Below are positions 1-14,056 of a stretch of DNA of 64,000 nucleotides, piece after piece. The stretch is from the human T2T-CHM13v2.0 reference genome, Homo sapiens. Within the stretch, counting starts at the first letter, position 1; each line of letters opens with the position of its first letter. Both the position numbers and the translations under genes were made by a program. The notes below the pieces were generated by a model that saw nothing but the letters and a program-made list of their open reading frames with translations, ran no database searches and was not told where the DNA came from. The stretch lies in the NCBI RefSeq assembly GCF_009914755.1, contig NC_060932.1, one strand, 5' to 3'.

Positions 1-1550
1 TCTATCCTATAGAATATTAGGCATTTATGAAAGACTAGAATTAAAAATACTCTGGGAAGCAAAAACCCTGACAATTATGTAATATCAATGGAAAAACCGG
101 TGATAGAGAGTATGTACATTATGTCTACCAGAAAAATATATATGCATGTGGGCAAATACAAGAGGGAATATACAAAGTAGCTTTTTTTGTGGCTAAGAAA
201 AGGAAGATGGCAGATTCCAGGTATCTTCAGTGTTCTTGTTATACTGTTTCCTTGATGTAAGTTGTGATCTTAAAATGAGGTTGACACAGCAAAATATCAA
301 ATCAGATTTCTTTGCCTCATACCAAAAAAAAAAAAAAAAGGTCATTATGTTGACTTTCTCAGACTTGGGGTTAGCAAGAGAAAGAGGACAATTAGACAAC
401 ATCTAAGAGATTCTTTATATTAAGTCATTATGTAAATGAAGTCATATTAACACAAAATGTAAATTTGAGGCACTATCACCAGCAGCAAAAGGAATGTGCT
501 TCCACTTTCACATTGGAAGGTGTCTGACAGGGTGTCATTTGTCACCCAACTTTTTCCTTCCAGCTGAAGCTGTAATTCTCCAATCTTAGGAGCTTTCACA
601 CTTCTGAATCCTTGCACATGAAGTTGTCTTTTCCCTAAAGGCCCTCCTCACTTCTGCCCTTCTCCCTGCCCTAAAACTCCACCCAAGAACCCTGGTCCCT
701 AGAAGCTGACCCTGACGACATGGGGTGAAACTGAACATTTTCCTCCATCGTTTAGCATTATCTGAAGGTATCACATTGATCTCTTGACAAGGCTCTCTTT
801 TCCTACTTGGTACACACTTTAAGACAGAGACTAGGTTGGTTTAGCTTCAGCACATGCTAGGTGCTTTATAAACATTTATGTGATGATCAAATTAAAAGAT
901 TGCATGATTGTCCTCCTGTTTAGTCAGGTTGGTTTAAATTCCTGCCTCCACTGTCTTCTGGGACATGACTGTGTTTTGGGAACAGAACACTGAAGTAAAT
1001 GAGAGGTAAACATCCAGCCCATTTCTGTTGGGTACCCAACATTTCTAGCATGCTGTACAGGTTGATTAGTAATGAATAAATAAGTAAAATTGTTATAACT
1101 ATCATTCTTAGTGGCATCTTAGCTTATATGAAATACTTGTTCACTAATACCTATAAATACTTGGCAATTTTAATATTACCAACTGTAATAAGCACACAGC
1201 TCAGTATTATTACTCCATTTCCAAGATGATAATGCTGAAATAGTGCCGTTTCACAACTTGCCCAAGGTTCACATAGTTTAATATTGAATGAACTTGTGAG
1301 AGGCAGAAACCACTTCCAACTTTTGAGAATACTGTTATATTTGTAACCCTGCCATCAGAAAGTTTTAAAAATTGTGGTACATTTTCAATATTTAATTATA
1401 GACAGTTTTAAACATAAAAATACAATGCAATATCATCACGTGATTTATCAGATCACTACCAAACAGTGTTTAAAATCTATGCATTTGTTGTGCACTTTGG
1501 GAGATGTGGTCCATTATTGGAACAAACGCAAGTTCAGAGTCACACATCTT

Positions 1551-2054
1551 TGTAAGGACATCTGTCATTCCTTTGAACACACTTCCTCTGGGGAATTCTC
1601 CCCATGGCAGAAGCCAAAAACATGTCTTCCCAGACTTCTTTGCAGCTAGGGCCCAGGCATGTGACCTGGGCTCCTTCAAAATGATGCCCTAGTACCAGAC
1701 TTTGCCTGGCAAGTTGGTGACACAGGAAGCAGCTACCACAGGAATCCATGTGGAGGGTAGAGATGGGTCAATCCTGGGTTTAGGGCCAGCTGTGACAGAG
1801 ATTCTAGCAGCAGGATCTGAGCTCCACTGCAGTGAGGTGATCTGCAGTATCTGTGCCTAGGAGCAGGAGCAGAGCTCTCCGATGCCCTGTGGGATGCCTG
1901 GGGCATCAGTCCTGGCTGCTCAGCCTCTCAGCTTGCTCCTCTAGCCCTCCTGGAGAGTCTATGAGCCACCCAGTATCCTTTGATACATTCCCTTTTTGTT
2001 TAACTATTTAGAGTGAATTTCTCTTGATTGCAGCTAAGAACCCTGCCTGACACA
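1551..2054 (+). mobile_element. ERVL solo LTR, LTR16-like
   Basis: TG...CA ends. Internal 'ttgcagctagggcccaggcatgtgacct' and 3' end 'gcagctaagaaccctgcctgacaca' resemble the LTR16 family. Confidence 0.6.
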
Positions 2055-2446
2055 GCTTTTTCTTTCAATTCTTGCAATGTATCTATGGAACTTTTAGAAA
2101 AATCTGCTTTTGTGATAATTTGAAAAACACAAATTTGAGGCCTTTCTTGAATGTGAAGGCTGAACCCAACTGCCCTCCAGGCATTGTCCCTAAGAGAGGC
2201 CCTGGAGAGAGGTGAGTGTTTAGCACAGTATCTTAACACCCATCTAGGGCCATTGTCATATAGCACATGGGAACAGACCCATCCTTTCAAAACTCACCCT
2301 ATGCCTTTATTTCACTGTAATGAAACATCCCCCAGGTTCTTGTAACTTGCCCAAAGTGGCTTCTCCTGAAGCAGCTGAGGTGCAGGTGTGAAGGCCAAAG
2401 TCAGACTCACATAACCTCCCCTGCAGAGCTGATGGGCCTCATGTCA

Positions 2447-2822
<376 letters not shown>

Positions 2823-3067
2823 CCAAGAAAACCCACATCCAGGCTCTAAGATATTCAGCCAATGGACTAATACGCTATTGTCATAGGGTGCTGTGACACT
2901 GAGATATTTGGAGCAGGCATCATGTATCTTTTGCAGCATATTTAAGCTTTTAAGTGGGCCCCACACACTATCCCATCCTGAGACATGCAGGAGAACAAGA
3001 ACTGTGGTTTGGCCCCTTGACATCCATTCTCCCATCTTCTGGTGTCAGCACCCCAGTTTTTCTTTAA

Positions 3068-3392
<325 letters not shown>

Positions 3393-4769
3393 AAGAAACT
3401 ACTTTCCTGCTTTGGAGATAATCTGACAAGACCCTTAGGCATGGTTGTCTGCTTTTCCCTAACCAAGAGATGGGCAATTGCATTCTCTTTCCCAGGAATT
3501 TAGAATATTTTGCATGGTGACAAAAATAATTAAAAGTGGTTGGAGGGTACATCCCTGAGCTCAGACCAATTCCTGCTGCAAGCTGCCTGGGGTCACCCTG
3601 GGCTCCAACATTCCAAGCTGGAGCAGGGACTGTGCCTTCCATCTGTGAGCTCCCCATGGCCTTCCCACAGAGTGTGTTTTTACTGAAGTGAGCACAGGTT
3701 AGTTACCAGGGTTTGCAACCAAAGTCCCTGACTGATAGACACCTTGTCCTCTGGAGAATAATTCCCTTAATGAAGAGCCCATGGATGTTTCTGAGGCAGA
3801 GTTCAAAAGGCCTGAGACTCAAAAAGAACCAAGAAGATCTTTTCAACTAAATCTTCCTGCAGAACAGATGCAGATGTGGGGAGATGTTATCACTACATTT
3901 GTAGGCAAAAGCAAAGAGCTTCAAGATTCATTACTAAATAGTTTTCAAATTTACCAAACGCAAAGCAGCTCAAGAGAGTGGCAATTGTGAGAAATACATT
4001 CTCTCTAATGACTGATTGGACAGCTAGGATTTTGGCCTGCTCTGGCAGCAACAGGAAGGATACAGAATGATGGAAGCCTGACCATCTAGGGAGTGAGGCT
4101 GAGTTCCTGGCCGCTGACTCATTAGCAGATTCACAGAAATGATGTTCTCCATGGTCACTCTGCCCCAAGGCAAAAGCTACTCTTTGTCAAGCTCACTTTA
4201 AGCCTGTATGAAAGAGGCACATCTTGCTGCAGAGGGGTGTCAAGGTTGTCTTACTGAGTCCCAATTATACACATCTCCAAGGCAGAAGCAGATATGGAAG
4301 CAGAAGCCCTGAAAACATTAAGCTATTTTCCAACTTAGCCAATAACTTTGATACCACTCACATCACAGCTGCAGAAAAACATTCTGTCCCTTTGCAAATA
4401 GCTTTCTGTCAAAGAGCCGCGTGCTCTTACAGATGAGAAAATCACTGAAGCAGAGCCTGCAGGAGATAGCAACACCACCCATATGCATTCAGAAGGAGCA
4501 TTGTGGAGAGGAAGAGAATTTCCTAGAGTAATGTGGGTCTCCCCAACCCCAGATAAATGACTTGTTTTAGGTATTCTGTTATATTCTCTCCCACTCAGGC
4601 ACTTTGGCCTTGGAACAGATAGATTCTTACCAGGTTGCCATGAGAAACAAAAAAAGTTAATAGAATCATGTCAGGATTATTAGTGGCATCTTTAAAAATA
4701 TACCTCATCTCTCTACATTGTGTTGTGTGATGCCTTATGTATTCAGTGTGAAACAATAATAATCATGAC

Positions 4770-4786
4770 ATCTTCCTATGAGGTAG

Positions 4787-4831
<45 letters not shown>

Positions 4832-4985
4832 CCATGGGCTAGATAAGGATGATGAGGCACAGAAAGATTAATAACACTCACCCCAGTTTACACAGCTAGT
4901 AAGTTCATGTAGCTGAGATATAAATATGACATATGAGATAAGCCTGGGCCTTTCGCTTCAGAGGTTGTGCTCTTAACCACTAGAC
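4770..4985 (+). mobile_element. MIR with internal (TAT)n expansion at 4788-4830
   Basis: 'cctatgaggtaggtattatt...gaggcacagaaagatt...cacagctagtaagt' MIR core. Confidence 0.75.
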
Positions 4986-6267
4986 AATACTGCCCCTCGA
5001 AAGCTTTATGGGAAGCTACCTGGAAAGCACGCGGTTGATGAAAACATTCTTAATCCACCAGAAAATAAATAGGAAGCAGCTTGTTTCATACTCCATGATG
5101 TTTCTTGGTCTGTTTTCTGTTTAGCAGTAAAGGATTTAGGATGCTATTAAGAATTCCTTAAGCCAAAATTGACCAGTCATTCTTGATGTAATCACCATAG
5201 AAGACTTTTTCTAAGTGTGTGTTCTGTCTATTTCAAACTACCTCTTCTGTCAGTTTCTTAGATGTGACAAGTTATATAAATGGGGAGCAAAGCAGCCACA
5301 TCTCTGGAAATGCTAAATGGTGCTGCTTCAAGTACATTGTCATTATTAAGCAAAGTTGCCACTCACTGCACCCATCAATCTTCCACCCTCTATTGAGACT
5401 TCTACACCCGCCTCCTGCAGAAGAGAAAATGGGAATTGCTTCAGCCACGTTATTAAATCTAAATTGGACAATAACTTGGAACTCTACCGGTGCTCAGTAG
5501 ATGACAAAATACTTAATGCAGGTTTATAAAAATGCTCCCCAAGCATTGACTTAAAGGAATAAAGTTCACTCTGCTATTTTGTCCTTGGAGGTATGTAATA
5601 TAGGTCATGGATGGTGATGTAGGTCATGGTGAGATAAATTGGATTTAGACATGAGCAAGCTGACCTTGTATGTAGGTACCATGTCCTTCACCTCCTATGC
5701 CTCACACAGTACTGAGCAAACAGAGGCATTTTATATATGTATTTGTTTATCTGCAAATAAGTTATTAGCAAATTTCTGGATTTCCACTTAGCATAAATAT
5801 TCCTTGTTCTATACGGTAGTTTTTAGAAAGTGGGAAACTAAAAATAATTTAGTGTCTTTAAGGAACAGGAACTGAATGTGAATCAGCCAAGCTAGCATGA
5901 TACTAGGATGTATGTCTTATGAATATTAAACAGATAAGTACTTATAGGTAAGGTACGATTATTAGCTTTTGGAAAGCTAGGCTATTAGCCTGAATACTGG
6001 TGAGAGTTAGAAATAACTTTCTGGGGTGATGTGTGGACTTGGTCTTATAATTTTATTGTCATCCTTCCCAGGAAGCTGTGTTGTCTTTGGCAAGCTGACA
6101 TTGCTTGACAGACTATGAGGACAACTTGAGCAGGAAAAGATGTCAGTTTCCTATATAGAAATACACTGGGTAAAACTCACACAACATCCTTCCCGAAAGT
6201 ACACAATAGGCCAGGGACTTATTGGTATGTTCAGTTCTAGCTCCATATTTTAGGAAGAAAAAGGAAT

Positions 6268-7013
6268 TAAGAGACAGGACTAGCTGGATTTCCTAGGCCA
6301 ACTAAGAATCCCTAAGCCTAGCTGGGAAGGTGATCACATCCACCTTTAAACATGGGGCTTACAACTTAGCTCACACCCGACCAATCAGGTAGTAAAGAGA
6401 GCTCACTAAAATGCTAATTAGGCATAAAGGAGGTAAAGAAATAGCCAATCATCTATCGCCTGAGAGCACAGCGTGAGGGACAATGATCGGGATATAAACC
6501 CAAGCATTCAAGCCGGCAATGGCTACCCTCTTTGGTTCCCCTCTCTTTGTATGGGAGCTCTGTTTTCACTCTATTAAATCTTGCAACTGCACTCTCTTCT
6601 GGTCCGTGTTTGTTGCCGTCCACCACTGCTGTTTGCCACCCTCACAGACCTACTGCTGACTTCCATCTCTCCAGATCTGGCAGGGTGTCCACTGTACTCC
6701 TGATCCAGCAAGGCTCCCATTGCTGCTCCTGATCGGGTATTCCTGCACAGCTGAGTGCCCGGGTTCACCCTAATCAAGCTGAACACTAGTCACTGGGTTC
6801 CATGGTTCCCTTCCATGACCCATGGCTTCTAATAGAGCTAAAACACTCACTGCATGGCCCAAGATTCCATTCCTTGGAATCCGTGAGGCCAAGAACCCCA
6901 GGTCAGAGAACACGAGGCTTGCCACCATCTTGGAAGCAGCCTGCCACCATCTTGGAAGCAGCCTGCCACCATCTTGGGAGCTCTGGGAGCAAGGATCTCT
7001 GCCGCCAGTAACA
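6268..7013 (+). mobile_element. LTR17 (HERV-W) solo LTR
   Basis: Starts 'taagagacaggactagctggatttcctagg', ends 'agtaaca'; 4-bp TSD GAAT on both sides; CCAAT boxes, TATAAA 6493-6498, ATTAAA 6573-6578. Confidence 0.92.
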
Positions 7014-8193
7014 GAATGGCTAGACTGTGAAGGGAAGACAGGAAGGAGGGCTCTCAATTTAAGGGTTGGAAAAGAGAAGCTGGATAACAGAAATGTCTGG
7101 GGGACTTCTAAACTTAACTCTTTTTTTTGAAAGGAAGAAGATGACCTATTTTCCCTCCATCCCTACTGAGGGAAATGAAAAGAGTGAGTAAGCATAAATG
7201 CTGACAGAGGAAATGTAGTTTGACACTGGAAAATAACTTTCTGACAACCAGGGAGTGAGGTATGTTAGTAAAAGAGAGAAGGAAAGTCTACAGTCAAGCC
7301 AGACAACCATGAAATCCAGAATGCTAAAGAATTGTGTGAAATCCACAAAAATGGGCTGAAGCACTCCTTTAAAAGTCAGAGAGAACTTCAAGTTCTGCAA
7401 TCCTAAGAATCAAGACCTGGCCTCCAGCTTTCCTGAGAAGGTAACAAGGCAAACAGAAACATAAGTGCCTTTGATTCTGTTCCCAAGTCACAGCTGAAGG
7501 GGCACTCAGAAACTCCAAAGCCACCACAAACATGTTCTTATAATAGGCATAACAAATATTTATGGCCTCTTTGCTCTGAGCTAGGCATTAAAGCCTTATC
7601 TTTAATCCTCACAATGAACCTATGATATCAATACTATTATTATTATTATTATCCCTATTTTATGGATGAGAACACTAAGGCTGAATGAGATTGCCTAAGA
7701 CACAGTTGGCACATGGAAAAACTAGATCTTGAACTCAGATCTATGTAGTAAAAAGGGTTCCCAGCTCATTTGAACCTCAACGCAGGGTCTGTAAGCTGTT
7801 TTGGAAGTGACCTGAGACAATCAGTCAGTAACCATGCAATGCTCACTGTACTAGTACTAAGCTTATATATTTCTGCCAAGGCTAGGAAGTTTTACCTAAT
7901 GCTCACTGCTCAAAACCATCAGTTGGTTTTGAATTGATGAAGCCACTTATGATCTAAGTGTTTAAGTGGAATTTGTTTAGAATCTTCTAAACTTAAATGA
8001 GTAAACAAAGTAACAGTTGTGAATAACAAAGTAACTTCATGCTTCACTGTCTGAAGACTGTGCCGTGGAAAAATAAAGCAAAAAGGCTTCCAGGCATCAA
8101 AGGCTCCTTGGTGTGAACTGGAGATCAGGATGTCCATCTGAAGAGATGACCTTGGATATTCAATGACAGGAGTCTGACCTCAAATTTCTAAAC

Positions 8194-8412
8194 CAGAGGT
8201 TGGCAAACCATGGCCCGCAGGCCAAATCTGGCCCATAGCCTGCATTGTAAATAAAGTTTTATTGAAACACAGTCACATTCATTTACATATTATTTGTTGC
8301 TGCTTTTGCACTACAACAGCAGAGTTGAGTACTAGCAACAGAGTCCATATGGCCCACAAAGCCAAAAAGAAAGTACTATGTGGCTCTTTACAAAAAGTTT
8401 GCTCTTCCCCTG
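8194..8412 (+). mobile_element. MER58A (hAT-Charlie)
   Basis: 'cagaggttggcaaac...ggccaaatctggccc...aataaagttttattgaaacacag...gtttgctcttcccctg'. Confidence 0.85.
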
Positions 8413-8689
8413 CTCTGAATATCTCTAGTGGCAAAAACAAACAAACAAACAAACAAAAAGCAACAATAACAACACAAGGCTCTGAAGAGTAATTGGAAGA
8501 CCTAAAACTTGGTGTGAGAGAGCCACAAATAAGAAAAAAAAACGACAGGCAAGGACCTAAAAGGAGCGAGAACAAAAGGGATGGGGAAAAAAAAGTGACC
8601 ACTAAAAGTTGCAGTGGCAGAGGGACACGAATGACTGTCCCCACAGTGTCGGGTGTGGCCACTATCCATGAAGCATCTCTGTATTCCGA

Positions 8690-8830
8690 GTACTTTCAGG
8701 TACATTGCCTCATTGAATCTCTCAACAATCCACCTTTGTATTTCCATTTAACAGATGAGAAAACAGAGACTTAGAGAGCTTGAGTAACTTGTCCTGAGTC
8801 AGCAGGGCCAGAAATCAAACTTAGCAGGTT
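8690..8830 (+). mobile_element. MIR fragment
   Basis: 'ccatttaacagatgagaaaacagagacttagagag...taacttgtcc' core. Confidence 0.7.
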
Positions 8831-9439
8831 GACGCTGACCCCACTCTATTCTCCTGCCCCAGTACTCCAGCCATCAGTGTTCACCCCCTGCTCAAAGGAT
8901 GAAAGCACTATACTCTTCACTCATTCAAACAATTACCTACACTGGAATTTTAATAGTAATTATCTACTTTCCATCTGGGTGAGAACTTGGTGACAGCTAA
9001 TCATCTCTTCCAGTGGTGGTGCATGCTAACATTTCATTGACACTCCTGAAATAAAGCATCTTGGAGGCTCTGTCAGAGCTAGAAGCTCAGCCTCAGGGTC
9101 CCAATTAGCAACTAAGTTGTATGGTTTGAGCTTTGGCCAATCTAAAAGGTGTCTGCTTCTAGGAAGCACAATCAGCTGGCGCTAATGTAGTCACTGTAAC
9201 ATCACCTCTGTCTGCCTGGAGCAGGCACAAGGCTGAGTCCAAGGCGGTGATGCTGAAAAGCTGCAGAACTGCAGACCTCGAAACTGACTCAGCTTCACCA
9301 GGGAGCACGCCTGAGGACATCCATGCTGGAGGGGGTGGAGGGGAGCAGCGCCCAGGAGGGCATGATGAGCTGCCCGCCACAGCCAGATGCTCCGGGATCT
9401 GCTGACTTGCTCAGCCAAGTTCATGGGGTGCTTAAAACT

Positions 9440-9830
9440 CTGGGCACTGTTGCAAAGAATTCACATATATCAACTCTCAGCCTTTGATATAGGTATTATA
9501 ATCATTCCCCTTTGACAGACAAGGGAATTGAAGCAAACCAAAGTGAAGTAACTCCCCCTGGGTTACACCGTCAGTAAGTGGAGGGACAGATTACAAACCT
9601 GGGCAGTCAGGCTCCAGAGACCAAGTATGAACCCCTGTGCTGTAAATGGCCCCTCCTTGCCTGCCCTTCTAAGAGGCTGTAAGCTCTGCAGTGGTTAAAA
9701 GTCTAGATACTGCAGTCAACCAGGCCTGCTCTGAATCCCAACTCTGTCCTTTCCAGATGTGTGAACCGGGACAAATGATTTAACCTCTCTGAACCTCTGT
9801 TGTTTTCTCCTTAAAATGGTTACCTGCACT
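9440..9830. mobile_element. Two MIR fragments in opposite orientation
   Basis: + core 'gacagacaagggaattgaag...gtcagtaagtggag' followed by - core 'aatcccaactctg...taacctctctgaacctctg'. Confidence 0.6.
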
Positions 9831-10261
9831 GATGATGGCATCTATACCTAGAGCTCTGGTGGAGGGTGGAAGTGACGCAGCAGCCATTTTGCACACATGA
9901 TACCTGCTGACTCATCTCGTAGTGTGAGAATGTGGTCAGGTTTGCAATGCTCCACCTTCCCCCGGATCCTCCTTCACCTGCTCCAACTCCTGGGCCAGGT
10001 GTGTGAGTTTGGCCTCATGACCAAAAGCAGCCACCCACACCACATACCCAGGGCAAAGGCAAACAAGAACGGGCTCAGGTCTTCATCTTTCCCTGTGGGG
10101 CTCCAGCTCATGGTTGGGGTTCGACCTGGTCCTTGCTCTTCCCACTTCACCTCCATCTTCCCTTCCTGACCACTTGCCCTCTGGCCTGCAGACTCCAGCA
10201 TCAGACATGAAGGCAGTAGCCTTGCAGAGAGTCCAGTCCCTATGAGTGTGGAAGGTCAAGT

Positions 10262-10357
10262 CATACATATGGATGTGTATGTGTATATCTATGCACGTAT
10301 ATATGCACACATATGCATATGTATAAACACACACACACACATACACACACACAGACA
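10262..10357. repeat. Mixed (TG/TA/CA)n alternating purine-pyrimidine tract, probably near the 3' end of an old ERVL/MLT2-like LTR
   Basis: Direct reading; followed by an LTR-like terminus 'ttgaaccctgactaatata'. Confidence 0.7.
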
Positions 10358-12305
10358 TCCAAGTGGATCTACTTTTCTGATTGAACCCTGACTAATATAT
10401 CCTGGCTGGGTTACTTCTGGAATAGTTTCCTGATCGTTTTGCTTCCAAAAGCATTCACCCTTGACATTTTCACTTCATTTTTCTTACATTTACTAATAGC
10501 ACTTCAGTGGTTGGAAGCCATGGCCAAGGCCATCTATTATGAATACGATGCTAATAAGGAAAAGTATTCCATTGGAGCTTCCATTTACTGCATGCTACTA
10601 AACCCTATGTGAGAAGTTTTTCATACATTATTTTATTCAATCCTCATTATTTTATTTAACCCTATGGAAGCAGAGTTTTTTCATACTTATAAATGGAGCA
10701 ATAGAGGCTCAGAGAAGCCAGGTAACTCACCTCACAGTGTATATGACTCAAATAGTAAGTGCTTAACCACTGTATAGTGTCTCTCACTATAAGTGATCCA
10801 TCCAGAACACAAGTCTAGAGCTAAATGCACATTTATATAAAATTTTAACCCCTCTTCTTCCAGAAATACTAAAGTACTTTAAAAGGAAAACATAACAGGA
10901 GGTAGGATGATTAGGGATAAAAACAGAACAGGAAAACATTAGAAAAAAGGACGGTACCATGTACCTGTGAGTAGTGGAATTTAGGTCTACATAGGAGATT
11001 ATACTCATTAGCAGAAACTTCTATACAAAACTTTACCCAAAAATAGGCAACCAAAAAATGAATCCATTGAAGGCAAGTTGTCATGTTTTCTTTTAGGCCA
11101 TGCATACAATTTATTCTCATAGGTAACAGAAAAACAACAAATGAGGCATGAGAGGAGAAGAAAACAACGTTTGCCATATTTTAGGAATTGGAAACACTGC
11201 TATATTAAAAACAAAACTACAACTTAGTCTTTTATCATTGTTGAAAATCATTCTTGGATCATTAAACTCTTCTTGTCTCTGGTTTCTCTCTTAAATGAGG
11301 GAGAATAATATACTAACTAGGCTTAAAATATTACCATAAAGAAAGTTAGGTTCTAATAAATGGGTTTCCTATGTCCAGAATCTTAAGACCACAATTCCAT
11401 AGCTCTAGCCCACGAACTATACACAACCCTTTTCACTTCTGGCTTAAGACAGGAAGAAAAAAAAAAGTCATCTTGGTGGAAGAATGTAGAAAATCCCTAC
11501 CATTCAATGGGTTTATCATACACTCATTCATTTTACATGCATTTATTGATCACCTACTCCGTGCCAGGCACGGTTCTAGGTGCTGGGGATACAGCAGTGA
11601 ACAAAGATAAAAATCTGAGCTCACACCCTAGCCATGCTATTTCTGCATTTGGAAGAATCTCTTTGTTATAAATATGATTCTGACATACCTTAGTGAACAA
11701 AGTCAATGTTTCAATAATAGTAACATGCTTGTAGTACCTTACAGTTTATACAAAACACTTTCATGTAACTGTAGCATTTATTTCTCAAAAAAGCCTTAGG
11801 GATTTTGCAAGAAATGTGACAGACCATTTAAATAAAGACACAAATAATATTATGTTACCAAAAGAAACATGAACAAAGGGCATGAATAGATATTTCTCCA
11901 TAAGAAAAAAACCTCAATGACTAATAAACATGAAAAAGTGTTCAATTTCCTTATTGCTCAAATGTATGTTATTCATAGCTGAAAGGTAACAATTTTTACC
12001 TGCAAAAGTAGCAAAAATAAAAGGAAGAGCAAGAGATTGTGCTGTATCAAAAGATTGTACCCTTTGAAACAGTAATTTTCTTTTAGTAATCCATTCAACG
12101 GAAAAACAAGAAATTTGGTTTTAAGTTTTCAAATAGCAAAAAATTTTAAAGCTTTAAATTACCCATTACTATGAAATCTAAATTAAGGACCTAACATTAA
12201 AAAAATTATATACAGAGTCATTCCTTGAGGCCACTAGTCCATGCTGTCAGACAGAGTGCCTTTAAAATCAAAGGATTCTAAAATACATTTGGATCCTCCA
12301 AACAT

Positions 12306-12595
<290 letters not shown>

Positions 12596-12686
12596 ACACA
12601 TGTTTAATGGCACTGTACAATTAAATGTCTAAGGGGCATTCTACTAAAATTGTGGTTACCACTGTGCCTCACCAACATGCCAGTCA

Positions 12687-13016
<330 letters not shown>

Positions 13017-13989
13017 ACAAACTAAATATGCAGGACAGGAAATGTATAAACAAGGATGAAACTGTGATTGACAAAACAAACTGAAATTTGGGATAGTTGA
13101 ATTTTTCTAAGCTTTTTTTCCTAGAATCCCACATTATAAAAGTCATTTACTTTGGTATCTCCCTACTACTGTATAACTCTCTAGTGCTTTATCACTTGAT
13201 ACATGATCATGATATTAATGGTTTTTAAAGTTCTACTATATGCCAGGCACCATATTAAAGGCATTAACTCTTCTCAACAAGCCCCAAAAGTTGCTACAAT
13301 TATTATCATATCTACATTTTACTGGGGAGGAAAGAGCCTTGAAGAGGGGAGTAACTTGCCCAAGGTCCTGCAGCCAGTACTGGCACAGTTAAGATTTAAA
13401 TACAGTTGCCTAATTTGGCTCTAAATGCCATGTCCCTTAACCATTGGGCCTAATCTTTTACCTTGTATTATAGTTATTTGAGTTACTTGGGGTGTTCCTT
13501 ATCTGTCTAATTAGATCCTAAGTTCCCTTAGGGTAATAATTTTTTCACTCAACTTTGAGTACAATGTATTGCATCCAGCTGGCACTCGATAAATGCTTGG
13601 TTCATACATGAGCAAGGCTGCAGTTATTTTGAAGTCACTTCTGACTCCTCTCTTTCAGTCCATTTCCAATTTTTCACCAACCTAAATTAACTCCTTTTTT
13701 CCCCCATTTTCCAGGCCTTCATTTTGTTTGCTTTCATCTTGACTTATCCCCTCCGGCCAGACTCCTACAATAGCCTCCTGACCATTCTCTGTGAGTCCAA
13801 TCCATCCTACACACTCATCACCCTAAAATACGATTTAGTCAGATTTCCCCAGCCGACAGGCCTAGACACAAGACTAAAACCCTCAGACTCTAGGGTGACC
13901 AGGTAGGTGTAGAGATCCTAGGCCAACACCTTTGACCAAAAGCAACCTCCTAGAGTGACATTCACAGCTTAGGCTTAAACTGAGAGCGC

Positions 13990-14056
13990 TTCCAAGGACA
14001 TGGGAGTTTCAGTGCTAAAACTGGGAAAGTCCCAGGCAAACCAGGGTGAGTTGGTT
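13990..14056 (+). mobile_element. MER81-like hAT-Blackjack fragment
   Basis: 'ttcagtgctaaaactgggaaagtcccaggcaaaccagggtgagttggt'; a possible left TIR 'tagggtgacca' sits at about 13891. Confidence 0.55.
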
